Of a DNA stretch of 64,000 nucleotides, positions 35,365 through 46,847 are shown piece by piece. Position 1 is the first letter of the stretch, and each line of letters opens with the position of its first letter. The stretch is taken from contig JAZULC010000021.1 in the NCBI GenBank assembly GCA_045643605.1, forward strand, positions 6,465 through 70,464. Direction: 5' to 3'. The notes beneath the pieces are model-generated. The model saw only the letters and a list, made by a program, of their open reading frames with translations. It had not been told where the DNA came from and did not search any database. A program made the translations under genes and the position numbers. Origin of the DNA: Alphaproteobacteria bacterium (GTDB taxonomy: Bacteria; Pseudomonadota; Alphaproteobacteria; RF32; CAG-239).

Positions 35365-37347
35365 ATGACTATGAAATATACCTATGAAAAAGAAGACTAT
35401 AGAAAAATGTCCTCTGCTGTTCGTTTCTTGGCAGCTGATATGATAGAAAAAGCAAAATCAGGTCATCCCGGAGTAGCATTGGGAATGGCTGATGTTGCAA
35501 CAATTTTATTTTCTGAATTTTTAAAAATAAATCCGCAAGACGGACACTGGTTTGATCGTGATCGTTTTGTACTTTCTGCCGGACATGGTTCTGCTATGTT
35601 GTATTCTTTATTGTATTTGTGCGGATACAAAGATATAAATATTGATGACATAAAGAATTTTAGGCAATTAGGCTCAAAAACAGCAGGACATCCGGAAATA
35701 GAAAAAATTTCAGGTATAGATATGTCTACGGGACCGTTGGGACAAGGTTTGTCTTCTGCTGTCGGCATGGCTGTTGCAGAAAGAAAACTTAATACGAAAT
35801 TCGGTGATGATTTGTGCAATCATTATACTTATGTAATTGCAGGCGATGGCTGTTTAATGGAAGGAATATCTGAAGAGGCTATTTCAATCGCAGGGCATTT
35901 AAAATTAAATAAATTGATTGTTTTTTGGGACAATAATAATATTACCATAGATGGTAAAGTTGAATTAGTAAGTTCAGTTAATCAAATTATGCGTTTTCAA
36001 GCGGCAGGTTGGAATACTATTGAAATTGACGGACATAATTATTTGCAAATCAGAGATGCTATTGAAACAGCACAAAAATCTAAAAAACCGACATTAATTG
36101 CATGCAAGACGATTATCGGATATGGAGCAACCACAAAGTCAGGAACTCCAAAATGTCATGGTTCTCCGCTCGGAAGCGAAGAAATTGCTAATATGCGTAA
36201 AAATCTTCAGTGGAATTATCCTGAATTTGAAATTCCCGAGAATATTTTGCAAAAATGGAGAAATGTTTCCGTTAAATCATTGGCTGAATATAAAAAATGG
36301 TGCGATTGTGCCGGAAAATTAGGCGATACTTTTAAGAACTATATCAATTGTAATTTACCTAAAAATTGGAATATTGGATTGTCTGAACTTAAAAAGCAGG
36401 CTATCCAAGAAAAATTTAATATTGCTACACGAAAAGCGTCTAATTTATGTATCTCTAAAATTGTGAATGATATTGAGCAAATAGTTGGTGGATCAGCAGA
36501 TTTAGCTGCTTCAAATCTGACTTTTGTTGAAGGTATGAAAAATATTACCGCTGATGATTATTCCGGCAATAATATTATGTACGGTATTAGGGAACATGCA
36601 ATGGGTGCAATTTTAAATGGTATGGCATTGCATGGCGGAATTATTCCTTTCGGTGGAACATTTTTTGTATTTTCAGATTATCTGCGTCCTGCTGTCAGAT
36701 TAGCATCATTGATGAAATTAGGTGTCATATATGTATTTACCCACGATTCTATAGGAGTAGGAGAAGACGGACCTTCTCACCAACCTATTGAACATCTGGC
36801 TTCATTTAGAGCAATGCCCGGTATTTATGTATTCAGACCATGTGATACTGTAGAAACAGCAGAAGCTTGGGAGATAGCATTACAAAATCGTAAAACTCCG
36901 TCATTACTGACTTTATCAAGGCAAAATTTACCGACTTTACGTAAAAATACAGATGTAAATTATTCCTCAATGGGGGCTTATATAATTTCTCCATGCCACA
37001 AAAAATGCCAAGCAACAATTATTGCTACCGGTTCTGAAGTATCGTTAGCAGTACAAGCACAAGAACAGCTTTTACATGAAGATATAGATGTTTCAGTAGT
37101 TTCAATGCCATGTACGGAATTGTTTGAAGAACAAACTTCTGCATATCGCAAAAGTGTTTTAGGTGAAGCTCCTCGTGTTGTGGTTGAAGCTGCAAGTAAA
37201 TTCGGTTTGGAACGTTATGCCGGAGATAATGGAGAAATTATTGCCATAGATAGTTTCGGAGAATCAGGAAAAGCTGACGAAGTTTACAAACATTTCGGCA
37301 TTACTGTAGAAAATATTATAAAAACAGTTAAAACTCTGATTAAATAA
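35365..37347 (+). CDS. tkt: transketolase
   Basis: 660 aa. Motifs: SGHPG, DRFVLSAGHGS, GPLGQG, GDGCLMEG, GEDGPSHQP. Confidence 0.95.
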   Translation: MTMKYTYEKEDYRKMSSAVRFLAADMIEKAKSGHPGVALGMADVATILFSEFLKINPQDGHWFDRDRFVLSAGHGSAMLYSLLYLCGYKDINIDDIKNFRQLGSKTAGHPEIEKISGIDMSTGPLGQGLSSAVGMAVAERKLNTKFGDDLCNHYTYVIAGDGCLMEGISEEAISIAGHLKLNKLIVFWDNNNITIDGKVELVSSVNQIMRFQAAGWNTIEIDGHNYLQIRDAIETAQKSKKPTLIACKTIIGYGATTKSGTPKCHGSPLGSEEIANMRKNLQWNYPEFEIPENILQKWRNVSVKSLAEYKKWCDCAGKLGDTFKNYINCNLPKNWNIGLSELKKQAIQEKFNIATRKASNLCISKIVNDIEQIVGGSADLAASNLTFVEGMKNITADDYSGNNIMYGIREHAMGAILNGMALHGGIIPFGGTFFVFSDYLRPAVRLASLMKLGVIYVFTHDSIGVGEDGPSHQPIEHLASFRAMPGIYVFRPCDTVETAEAWEIALQNRKTPSLLTLSRQNLPTLRKNTDVNYSSMGAYIISPCHKKCQATIIATGSEVSLAVQAQEQLLHEDIDVSVVSMPCTELFEEQTSAYRKSVLGEAPRVVVEAASKFGLERYAGDNGEIIAIDSFGESGKADEVYKHFGITVENIIKTVKTLIK

Positions 37348-37612
37348 CTGACGAACTAATAAAAGTAGTATAAATGGTGCAGGTGTTGTCGGCATAGTCG
37401 GCTAAACCTGCACCTATTTCATATTTTTCAATAACGTTGGCATTTTCATCTAAAATTTCTACAAAACCTGAAGTCAATAAGATTTCACTCGGAACTCTGT
37501 CATTCAAAACAGTCAATTTTCCGCTATGTGCAGGTATAACTACTTTGCATACTTTTTTCTCAAAAACTTTTTTTGTTGGAGTAAAAATTTTTAATAAAAT
37601 GTTTTGTGCCAT
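37340..37612 (-). CDS. atpC: F0F1 ATP synthase epsilon subunit, short form (beta-sandwich only)
   Basis: 90 aa. LKIFTPTKKVFEKKVCKVVIPAHSGKLTVLNDRVP matches the epsilon N-terminal domain. It lies directly downstream of atpD. Its 3' end overlaps tkt by 8 nt. Confidence 0.75.
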   Translation of the reverse strand: MAQNILLKIFTPTKKVFEKKVCKVVIPAHSGKLTVLNDRVPSEILLTSGFVEILDENANVIEKYEIGAGLADYADNTCTIYTTFISSSVI

Positions 37613-37615
37613 ATG

Positions 37616-39984
<2,369 letters not shown>

Positions 39985-39996
39985 AACTATTACCTC

Positions 39997-41541
39997 TTAT
40001 TCAGCTTTATTTTTTGATTTAAATTCAAAATGCTGATAGAAATCTCTTAATTTTTGAGAGAGTTCATCAGAGATAACTTTATTATCATGAATTTCTTTAA
40101 GATATTGAGGATAAGATGCTTTAAGCTCCGCAAGTGCAGCGCGTTCAAAATCATCTATATCTTGTATGGCAACATTATCTAAAAATCCATTTACACCTGC
40201 AAATAATATAACTACTATTTCTTCCATAGCCAAAGGTTTATGAGGTGGTTGAATTAATAATGTAGTTAATCTTTCCCCTCTCGCGAGTTGCTGTTTGGTA
40301 GCTGTATCTAAATCAGATGCAAATTGAGCAAAAGCTGCGATTTCACGATATTGTGCCAAATCTAACTTCATTGTTCCTGAAACTTGCTTCATTGCTTTTG
40401 TCTGTGCTGCTGAACCAACACGACTTACAGAAATTCCAACATTTACTGCAGGACGTATACCTTGATAAAACAAATTAGTTTCCAAGAATATTTGTCCGTC
40501 AGTAATAGATATTACATTTGTTGGAATATATGCAGAAACGTCTCCGGCTTGAGTTTCAATTACCGGCAGTGCGGTTAACGATCCTCCTCCGTTTTCATCA
40601 CTCATTTTTGCAGCTCTTTCAAGCAAACGTGAGTGTAAATAGAATACATCTCCAGGGTATGCTTCACGTCCAGGTGGACGGCGCAATAATAAAGACATTT
40701 GACGGTATGCAGTGGCTTGTTTTGATAAGTCGTCATAAAAAATTACTGCATGCATACCATTATCACGAAAATATTCGCCCATAGCACACCCTGAATATGG
40801 GGCAATAAATTGCAACGGAGCAGCATCAGAAGCCGTTGCTGCAACTACAATAGTATAATCCATTGCTCCATAATCTTTTAATGTTTTCACTACTTGTGCA
40901 ACGGTTGAACGTTTTTGTCCGATAGCAACATATATGCAATATAATTTTTCTTTTTCAGACTTTGCATTTTCATTGATTTTTTTCTGATTTATTATTGTAT
41001 CAATGATAATAGCTGTTTTACCGGTTTGTCTGTCTCCGATAATAAGTTCACGCTGACCGCGTCCAATAGGAATTAAAGAGTCTATTACCTTCAATCCTGT
41101 AGCCATAGATTCTGTTACAGGTTGTCTAGGGATAATTCCCGGTGCTTTTATTTCAGAATTGCTGAATTTTTTAGCATTAATAGGTCCCAATCCGTCAATA
41201 GGTTCTCCGAGGGCATCTACAACTCGTCCCAATAATTCTTTACCAACTGGAACACTGACAATTTTATCGGTACGTTTTACCTTATCACCCTCACTGATGC
41301 TTTCATCAGAACCGAAAATCACAATACCTACATTATCATCTTCCAAATTAAGAGCCATTCCCTTAATACCGGATTCAAATTCAACCATTTCGTTGTATTG
41401 CACATTTTTCAGTCCGTAAACACGAGCAATTCCATCTCCGACAGATAAAACACGTCCGTATTCTTCAATATTTGTATCCAGTTTTGAATTAGAAATTTTC
41501 TCTTGTATAATTGAGGAAATTTCGCTTGCTTGTACTGACAT
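39997..41541 (-). CDS. atpA: F0F1 ATP synthase alpha subunit
   Basis: 514 aa. Motifs: [48 protein letters not shown]. Confidence 0.95.
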   Translation of the reverse strand: MSVQASEISSIIQEKISNSKLDTNIEEYGRVLSVGDGIARVYGLKNVQYNEMVEFESGIKGMALNLEDDNVGIVIFGSDESISEGDKVKRTDKIVSVPVGKELLGRVVDALGEPIDGLGPINAKKFSNSEIKAPGIIPRQPVTESMATGLKVIDSLIPIGRGQRELIIGDRQTGKTAIIIDTIINQKKINENAKSEKEKLYCIYVAIGQKRSTVAQVVKTLKDYGAMDYTIVVAATASDAAPLQFIAPYSGCAMGEYFRDNGMHAVIFYDDLSKQATAYRQMSLLLRRPPGREAYPGDVFYLHSRLLERAAKMSDENGGGSLTALPVIETQAGDVSAYIPTNVISITDGQIFLETNLFYQGIRPAVNVGISVSRVGSAAQTKAMKQVSGTMKLDLAQYREIAAFAQFASDLDTATKQQLARGERLTTLLIQPPHKPLAMEEIVVILFAGVNGFLDNVAIQDIDDFERAALAELKASYPQYLKEIHDNKVISDELSQKLRDFYQHFEFKSKNKAE

Positions 41542-41542
41542 T

Positions 41543-42094
41543 TTATGCCCCTTTCATAGCCTTTTCTATAATAGAAATCTTATTTTTTAAGGAATCATCA
41601 ATAATGTTTCCATCATATAAGATGACCAATCCTCCAAGAATTTCAGGCTTTATTTCATATTTTATAATTACTTTTTTTGATAATACATTTTGCAGATTTT
41701 TTTGCAAATCCATATTTTGTTTTTTGCTCAATTCTTTTACACTTTGGACAACAACATAAATATAACCGTTGTTATTCATATGGATTTTTACAAATGTTTC
41801 AAGAATATCGTCAATTTGAGAAAATCTGTTATTTTCTATAATCAGTTGTAAAAACCTATATAACAATGGCAAAAATTTGATTTTTTTATTAATTTTTTCA
41901 AGTGTATCAAGTTTTTCAGATGTTTTGAATAGCGGAGAAGCAAAATAATTGATAATATTTGTGTCTTCTTGCAACAATGCTGTAAATTTTTGTACTTGAG
42001 CATAAAGTTCTTCAACGTTATGTTCACAACCTGCTTCATCAATCAAAGCAGTAGCATAAATATCTGCAATTTTTTGTTTTGATATTTTTTTCAA
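41543..42094 (-). CDS. atpH: F0F1 ATP synthase delta (OSCP) subunit
   Basis: 183 aa. It begins ...[13 protein letters not shown] and ends ..[20 protein letters not shown]. It is the first gene of the atpHAGDC block. Confidence 0.8.
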   Translation of the reverse strand: MKKISKQKIADIYATALIDEAGCEHNVEELYAQVQKFTALLQEDTNIINYFASPLFKTSEKLDTLEKINKKIKFLPLLYRFLQLIIENNRFSQIDDILETFVKIHMNNNGYIYVVVQSVKELSKKQNMDLQKNLQNVLSKKVIIKYEIKPEILGGLVILYDGNIIDDSLKNKISIIEKAMKGA

Positions 42095-42106
42095 TTATTT
42101 GTCCCT

Positions 42107-44281
42107 CTACATAAAACTATAAGGATTAATATCTACTTTTACTCTTATATTAAATGGAATTTTTACCATAGACAACCATTTTTTTATTATATCCTGAATA
42201 TTTATATTTTTATCTGTTTTTAGCAGAAACCGATAACGGTATTTTCCTCTTATCATAAAAATCGGAGCTTGTGCCGGTCCGAGTGTTGTTATAAAATCAG
42301 TGTTTGGAGCTGCTCGCCCTAGCATGTGTGCAACATGTTCTGTTTTCTCTAAATTATCTCCGGATACAATTATTGAAGCAAGCTTACCGTAAGGAGGCAT
42401 ATTTAAAATGTTGCGAGTTTTCTTTTCCAATAACACAAATTCTTCACGATTATTGTTCACAATAGCTTTTAATACATTATTTTCAGGATATAAAGTTTGT
42501 AAATATACTGTGCCTTTTTTATTACCGCGTCCGGCTCTTCCTGCAACTTGTGTCAATAGTTGATAAGTTTGCTCTGTAGCTCGTAAGTCGTTGCCCAATA
42601 AACCCAAATCAGCATCAATAACTCCAACCAATGTCAATAACGGAAAGTGATGACCTTTTGCTAAAATTTGAGTGCCGATAATTATATCAAGCTGATTTTT
42701 CTCCATTTGTGAAATAATTTTTGAAACTTCGGAAAAATTTGTTGTAATATCGCTTGATACAATAGCTGTTCTTGCAGATGGAAAACGTTTTTTTATTTCT
42801 TCGGCAATTCTTTCTACCCCCGGACCGCAAGCTGCAAGTTCTTCAGCACCACATTCAGGGCAAGCTTTTACAATAGGTGTTGTATACCCACATTGATGAC
42901 ATATCATGGATTGAGAACTTAAGTGTTCGGTCAACCAAGATGTACAATGAGGACATTCTATTTTATGCCCGCAATTGCGACAAATTATCAAAGGAGCATA
43001 TCCTCTGCGGTTCAAAAATAACATAGATTGTTCTTTTTTTTGTAGGTTGTCTTCAATGGCTTTGACTAATGAAGGGGCAATCCAAGAAATTCCCCATTCT
43101 TCTTTTTTAGGCTTATCTTTTTTTAAATCTATAACTTTAATATCAGGCAATGTTGCGTCTGCAAAGCGAGATGTCAGTTTTACACAATCATATTTATTTT
43201 CTTCAACATTGATGATTGTTTCTAAATCAGGAGTTGCGCTTGATAAAATAATCGGCAATTTTTCAATATTGGCGCGAACAATCGCCATATCTCTGCCGTG
43301 ATAATTAATTACATCTTCTTGTTTGAAAGAGTGGTCATGGCTCTCATCAACAACAATTAACGCCAAATTTTTATATGGCAAAAATAATGCAGATCTTGCT
43401 CCGACAATAACTTTTGCTTCTGCATTAACAATAGATTTATAAGTTTGACTTCTTTCCTGTTGTGATAAATTTGAATGCCAGCATGCCGGTTTTGTCCCAA
43501 ATCTTTGTTCAAATCTTGATAACCATTGGGTTGTTAAAACAATCTCCGGTACAAGTACTAATACTTGTTTGTTTAATGATAAAGCAGTAGCTATTGCCTC
43601 AAAATATACTTCTGTTTTTCCTGAACCGGTAACTCCGTCCAACAATGTAACTGAAAATCCGTTTCCGACTTTTGCGCACAATATCTCACTGGCTTGTTTT
43701 TGTTCTGAAGTTAAATTTACATTAGAAAAATTGATATTAGGTTTGGCAAAATATTTTTTCTTTTCCTGTAAAATCGGTTCAATTATTTTGTTATCTATCA
43801 GTGTTTTGATAACACTTGCGCCAACTCCTGCACCTTTCATAATTTCGCTTTTTGTATACGGAGCATGTTCTAAAAGATTCATTACTTGCCAACGAGAATC
43901 TGAATTTTTTAGTTTTGCTTCGGCAAGAGTTTTTCCTGTTAATCTATAAAGACAATTCATCGGGATATGATCAAAAATTGATTTACCGATAATAACCATT
44001 TTAAGGACTAACCCCAACGGAGCCATATTATACGAAGCTACCCATTCTATAAATTTTCGTAATTGCGCCGATAATGGAGGGACGTCTACAATTTCGGATA
44101 TATGTTTAATTTTTAAATCATCTAATTCTGAAGATTTACCATCAGTCCAAACGACTCCGTATTGTTGTTCTTTTCCCCAACTTACACGGACAACCTGACC
44201 AAGAATAACATCTTCATCAACTTTATAATCGAAGACACAGTCAAAAGGTAATGGAAGTAAAACACCGACAATTTTTACCAA
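42107..44281 (-). CDS. priA: primosomal replication restart helicase PriA
   Basis: 724 aa. Motifs: [18 protein letters not shown], and a Cys-rich zinc-binding region (CRNCGHKIECPHC...CHQCG...CPECG). Confidence 0.9.
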   Translation of the reverse strand: MVKIVGVLLPLPFDCVFDYKVDEDVILGQVVRVSWGKEQQYGVVWTDGKSSELDDLKIKHISEIVDVPPLSAQLRKFIEWVASYNMAPLGLVLKMVIIGKSIFDHIPMNCLYRLTGKTLAEAKLKNSDSRWQVMNLLEHAPYTKSEIMKGAGVGASVIKTLIDNKIIEPILQEKKKYFAKPNINFSNVNLTSEQKQASEILCAKVGNGFSVTLLDGVTGSGKTEVYFEAIATALSLNKQVLVLVPEIVLTTQWLSRFEQRFGTKPACWHSNLSQQERSQTYKSIVNAEAKVIVGARSALFLPYKNLALIVVDESHDHSFKQEDVINYHGRDMAIVRANIEKLPIILSSATPDLETIINVEENKYDCVKLTSRFADATLPDIKVIDLKKDKPKKEEWGISWIAPSLVKAIEDNLQKKEQSMLFLNRRGYAPLIICRNCGHKIECPHCTSWLTEHLSSQSMICHQCGYTTPIVKACPECGAEELAACGPGVERIAEEIKKRFPSARTAIVSSDITTNFSEVSKIISQMEKNQLDIIIGTQILAKGHHFPLLTLVGVIDADLGLLGNDLRATEQTYQLLTQVAGRAGRGNKKGTVYLQTLYPENNVLKAIVNNNREEFVLLEKKTRNILNMPPYGKLASIIVSGDNLEKTEHVAHMLGRAAPNTDFITTLGPAQAPIFMIRGKYRYRFLLKTDKNINIQDIIKKWLSMVKIPFNIRVKVDINPYSFM

Positions 44282-44293
44282 CGGTAAACCTCA

Positions 44294-44743
44294 TTAACGC
44301 TTAACATAAGCTACTTCAGAATGTTCTTCACAATATGTTTGACCTGTTTTAACTTTTTTACCGCAAAATCTGAAATTTTCATCACGAGGATCACCTATAG
44401 GCCAACGACATGTGTGATTGTCTAATTCTGTTAAACCTATTCCGTTGTGATGGCATTTACTTGTAGTAGTTGTTTTTTCGCATTTACATTTACATTCAGT
44501 GTCAGCATTTTCAACATCGTGTTTTTTACAATTATTATTTTTTCCGCTATGTTTTACTTCTGCAACTTTGCATTTTTCTTCTGTTTTTTTGATTGGAGAT
44601 GGACGAGCAGATAAGTTAAGTCTGTGAACTTTTCCGACAATTGAGTTTTTAGAAACACCTAAGATTTTAGCTATTTCGCTGGTAGTTTTACCACTTTCCC
44701 ATAAATCTTTAAGGGTATTTATCATCTCATCTGACCATATCAT
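44294..44743 (-). CDS. gcrA: cell-cycle transcriptional regulator GcrA
   Basis: The start is refined to the ATG at 44743, with GGAG 7 nt upstream. Motifs: MIWSDEMINTLKDLWESGKTTSEIAKILGVSKNSIVGKVHRLNLSARP and the C-terminal CRWPIGDPRDENFRFCG...YCEEHS. Confidence 0.85.
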   Translation of the reverse strand: MIWSDEMINTLKDLWESGKTTSEIAKILGVSKNSIVGKVHRLNLSARPSPIKKTEEKCKVAEVKHSGKNNNCKKHDVENADTECKCKCEKTTTTSKCHHNGIGLTELDNHTCRWPIGDPRDENFRFCGKKVKTGQTYCEEHSEVAYVKR

Positions 44744-44882
44744 CTTTTTTCTCCATAAAAACAATTTTCCATAACATTAAGCCAATATTTTTTTTTAGTC
44801 CAGCGATAAATATCATTTATCACTTTTTTTTTATATTTTTTAGATTATAATGCAAAAAATAAAGAGTGAAGGATAGTTGGTA

Positions 44883-46139
44883 ATGAAACAAATTTATTTT
44901 ATAATTGCAACTTTATTTTTGTTTGTTGCTGGAAATGTAAATGCCAAGACAGCTGCAGATTATGCTAAATTTTATGACATTGATTTAGATGAAAAGTTGC
45001 CATCTTTAGAAGAATTAGAGAAAAATTTTATTGATCAATATTCAAATTATGACAGAAGATATCCGTATAAAAGTGCAATTGGCAATGTTTTTGATACAAT
45101 TTTCAGAGATACAATAACATATTACGGCTCAAGCGAGGCCAGAATTAAAGATCAAATTGAAGAAAGTTTAATGGATATGTTAAAGCATATTCCAAAGAGT
45201 TATTATCAGTATGTCGGGCCATACATACATGAAGCTTATGGTATGCCTGAAAAAATTAAAAATATGCCGGGAATCAAAGAAACTAAAAATAAATTTCCTA
45301 CCAGAATAGCTCCTCAATTGGCAGATGTTGAAAATATAGATTTTTTATCTCCGGCACTATACTTCTTACTGATTCCTGAAATTTGGCCGACAAATGTACA
45401 ACATCTTGAATATTACCCAAAGAAAGTTGATAAAATGTATGTTACAACAAAATGGCCTGATAATTTTATGCAAAAGGTTAATGATATTGTACATCCTGAA
45501 CAATTTTATGAACAATATGCGGATAAAGAAGTCAATCAGTCTCAAATTAGCGATTTAAGAACTATAAATCCTACAAAAACATCTCCTTTAACTTCCGGAG
45601 ATATTAAAGCTTTTGCTAAAACTATTTCTTCTGTAAATGACTTTGGACGTGAAAATAATAATTTTCAGTTGATTAATTCTGTCGGATTATATTTAGATAT
45701 ATATGAGGAAAAACAAGGAAAGGCACTTCCTATTAACAGATTAAAGGATATTGTAAATCCTTGTCAAAGATTAGTCCAAAAAATCAGATTAGCCGGATTA
45801 GAAACAAAATTTAAGGTATTACTTGCAAAAGACGGCTTCGATATTAAGGGTTGGGCTTATACTTGTGATAAAACAATTAAGGCATATAGAAAAAGCCAGA
45901 TGGATACATATAAAATGAAAGGTGTTGTTGATTTTAAGAATAAAACTTATGAATCATACATAAAGAAAAGTGTTAGTTATAAAAGTGCTGAAGCTCAATT
46001 TGCAACTATGCAAGGTGTTGTTGAAATGTATTCGGCTCCGTTACATGATTGGCAAGAAGCTGCAAAAAATGCACAATTGCTAGAAGAAGAGTTTAAAAAA
46101 GCCGGATTTATGATTATAAATCAACCAATATCACAGTAA
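44883..46139 (+). CDS. hypothetical secreted protein
   Basis: The ATG at 44883 follows GAAGGA. The signal peptide is MKQIYFIIATLFLFVAGNVNA|K. The protein is about 418 aa. No family was recognised. Confidence 0.45.
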   Translation: MKQIYFIIATLFLFVAGNVNAKTAADYAKFYDIDLDEKLPSLEELEKNFIDQYSNYDRRYPYKSAIGNVFDTIFRDTITYYGSSEARIKDQIEESLMDMLKHIPKSYYQYVGPYIHEAYGMPEKIKNMPGIKETKNKFPTRIAPQLADVENIDFLSPALYFLLIPEIWPTNVQHLEYYPKKVDKMYVTTKWPDNFMQKVNDIVHPEQFYEQYADKEVNQSQISDLRTINPTKTSPLTSGDIKAFAKTISSVNDFGRENNNFQLINSVGLYLDIYEEKQGKALPINRLKDIVNPCQRLVQKIRLAGLETKFKVLLAKDGFDIKGWAYTCDKTIKAYRKSQMDTYKMKGVVDFKNKTYESYIKKSVSYKSAEAQFATMQGVVEMYSAPLHDWQEAAKNAQLLEEEFKKAGFMIINQPISQ

Positions 46140-46235
46140 AATATAAATTTTTTAAAATTATTCTTGCTTTTTATGAATATAAAATGTATAAATTCCCAAC
46201 GGAAATATTCTAATTTTATTTGATAGGATGAAAAA

Positions 46236-46736
46236 ATGGCTCGCGTTACAGTTGAAGATTGTGTTGATAAAGTTCCAAATCGTTATGAATTGGTTATGGT
46301 TGCTGCTCAGAGAACAAAAGAAATTGCCGATGGTTCACCTTTAGCGGTTGATAGAGATAATGATAAAAATACTGTTGTTGCTTTGCGTGAAATGGCAGAT
46401 TCAAAAGTTGATATTCCAGAATTACAAAGAAGATTAGTCGTAGGCCTGCAAAAATATGAAGAAGTTGAAGAGACAGCAGAAGAAGAACACGAGCTTATGG
46501 CTGCAGAAAAAGAATTGTCTGGTGTTGAAGGAGAATTCAGCAATCTGATGATTGACATGGATGAAGTTGATGATTCTATGCAAATTCAAGATGAAGATTC
46601 TGCTCTTAATTTAGATTTAGATTCTGATTTTGATGAAGATTCTGATTTATCTGATGCAGATTTTGATGATGGTTTTGATACCGATTCTGAAGAATTTTCT
46701 GCAGAAGATGATGCTTTTGATGATTTTGATGAATAA
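46236..46736 (+). CDS. rpoZ: RNA polymerase omega subunit with a long acidic C-terminal tail
   Basis: [30 protein letters not shown] is the omega core. About 80 C-terminal residues are almost exclusively D/E/F/S. It lies upstream of spoT, as is typical. Confidence 0.85.
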   Translation: MARVTVEDCVDKVPNRYELVMVAAQRTKEIADGSPLAVDRDNDKNTVVALREMADSKVDIPELQRRLVVGLQKYEEVEETAEEEHELMAAEKELSGVEGEFSNLMIDMDEVDDSMQIQDEDSALNLDLDSDFDEDSDLSDADFDDGFDTDSEEFSAEDDAFDDFDE

Positions 46737-46847
46737 ATTTTAGAAAAAATAAAGAAATTTTATCTAAAATAAGGAAAATTTTGTAACAAGTAGTTGCAAT
46801 TTTTTCCTTATTTTTTTATTATAGAAAAAAATATGTTGGTGAATGCG

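Noticed and set aside
44765-44882. CtrA-box-like half site (TTAAGCCAATATT) and possible cell-cycle control elements upstream of gcrA.
   Set aside because: Only one TTAA half-site is present, not TTAA-N7-TTAA, and no GANTC methylation sites were seen in the spacer. The evidence is not sufficient.
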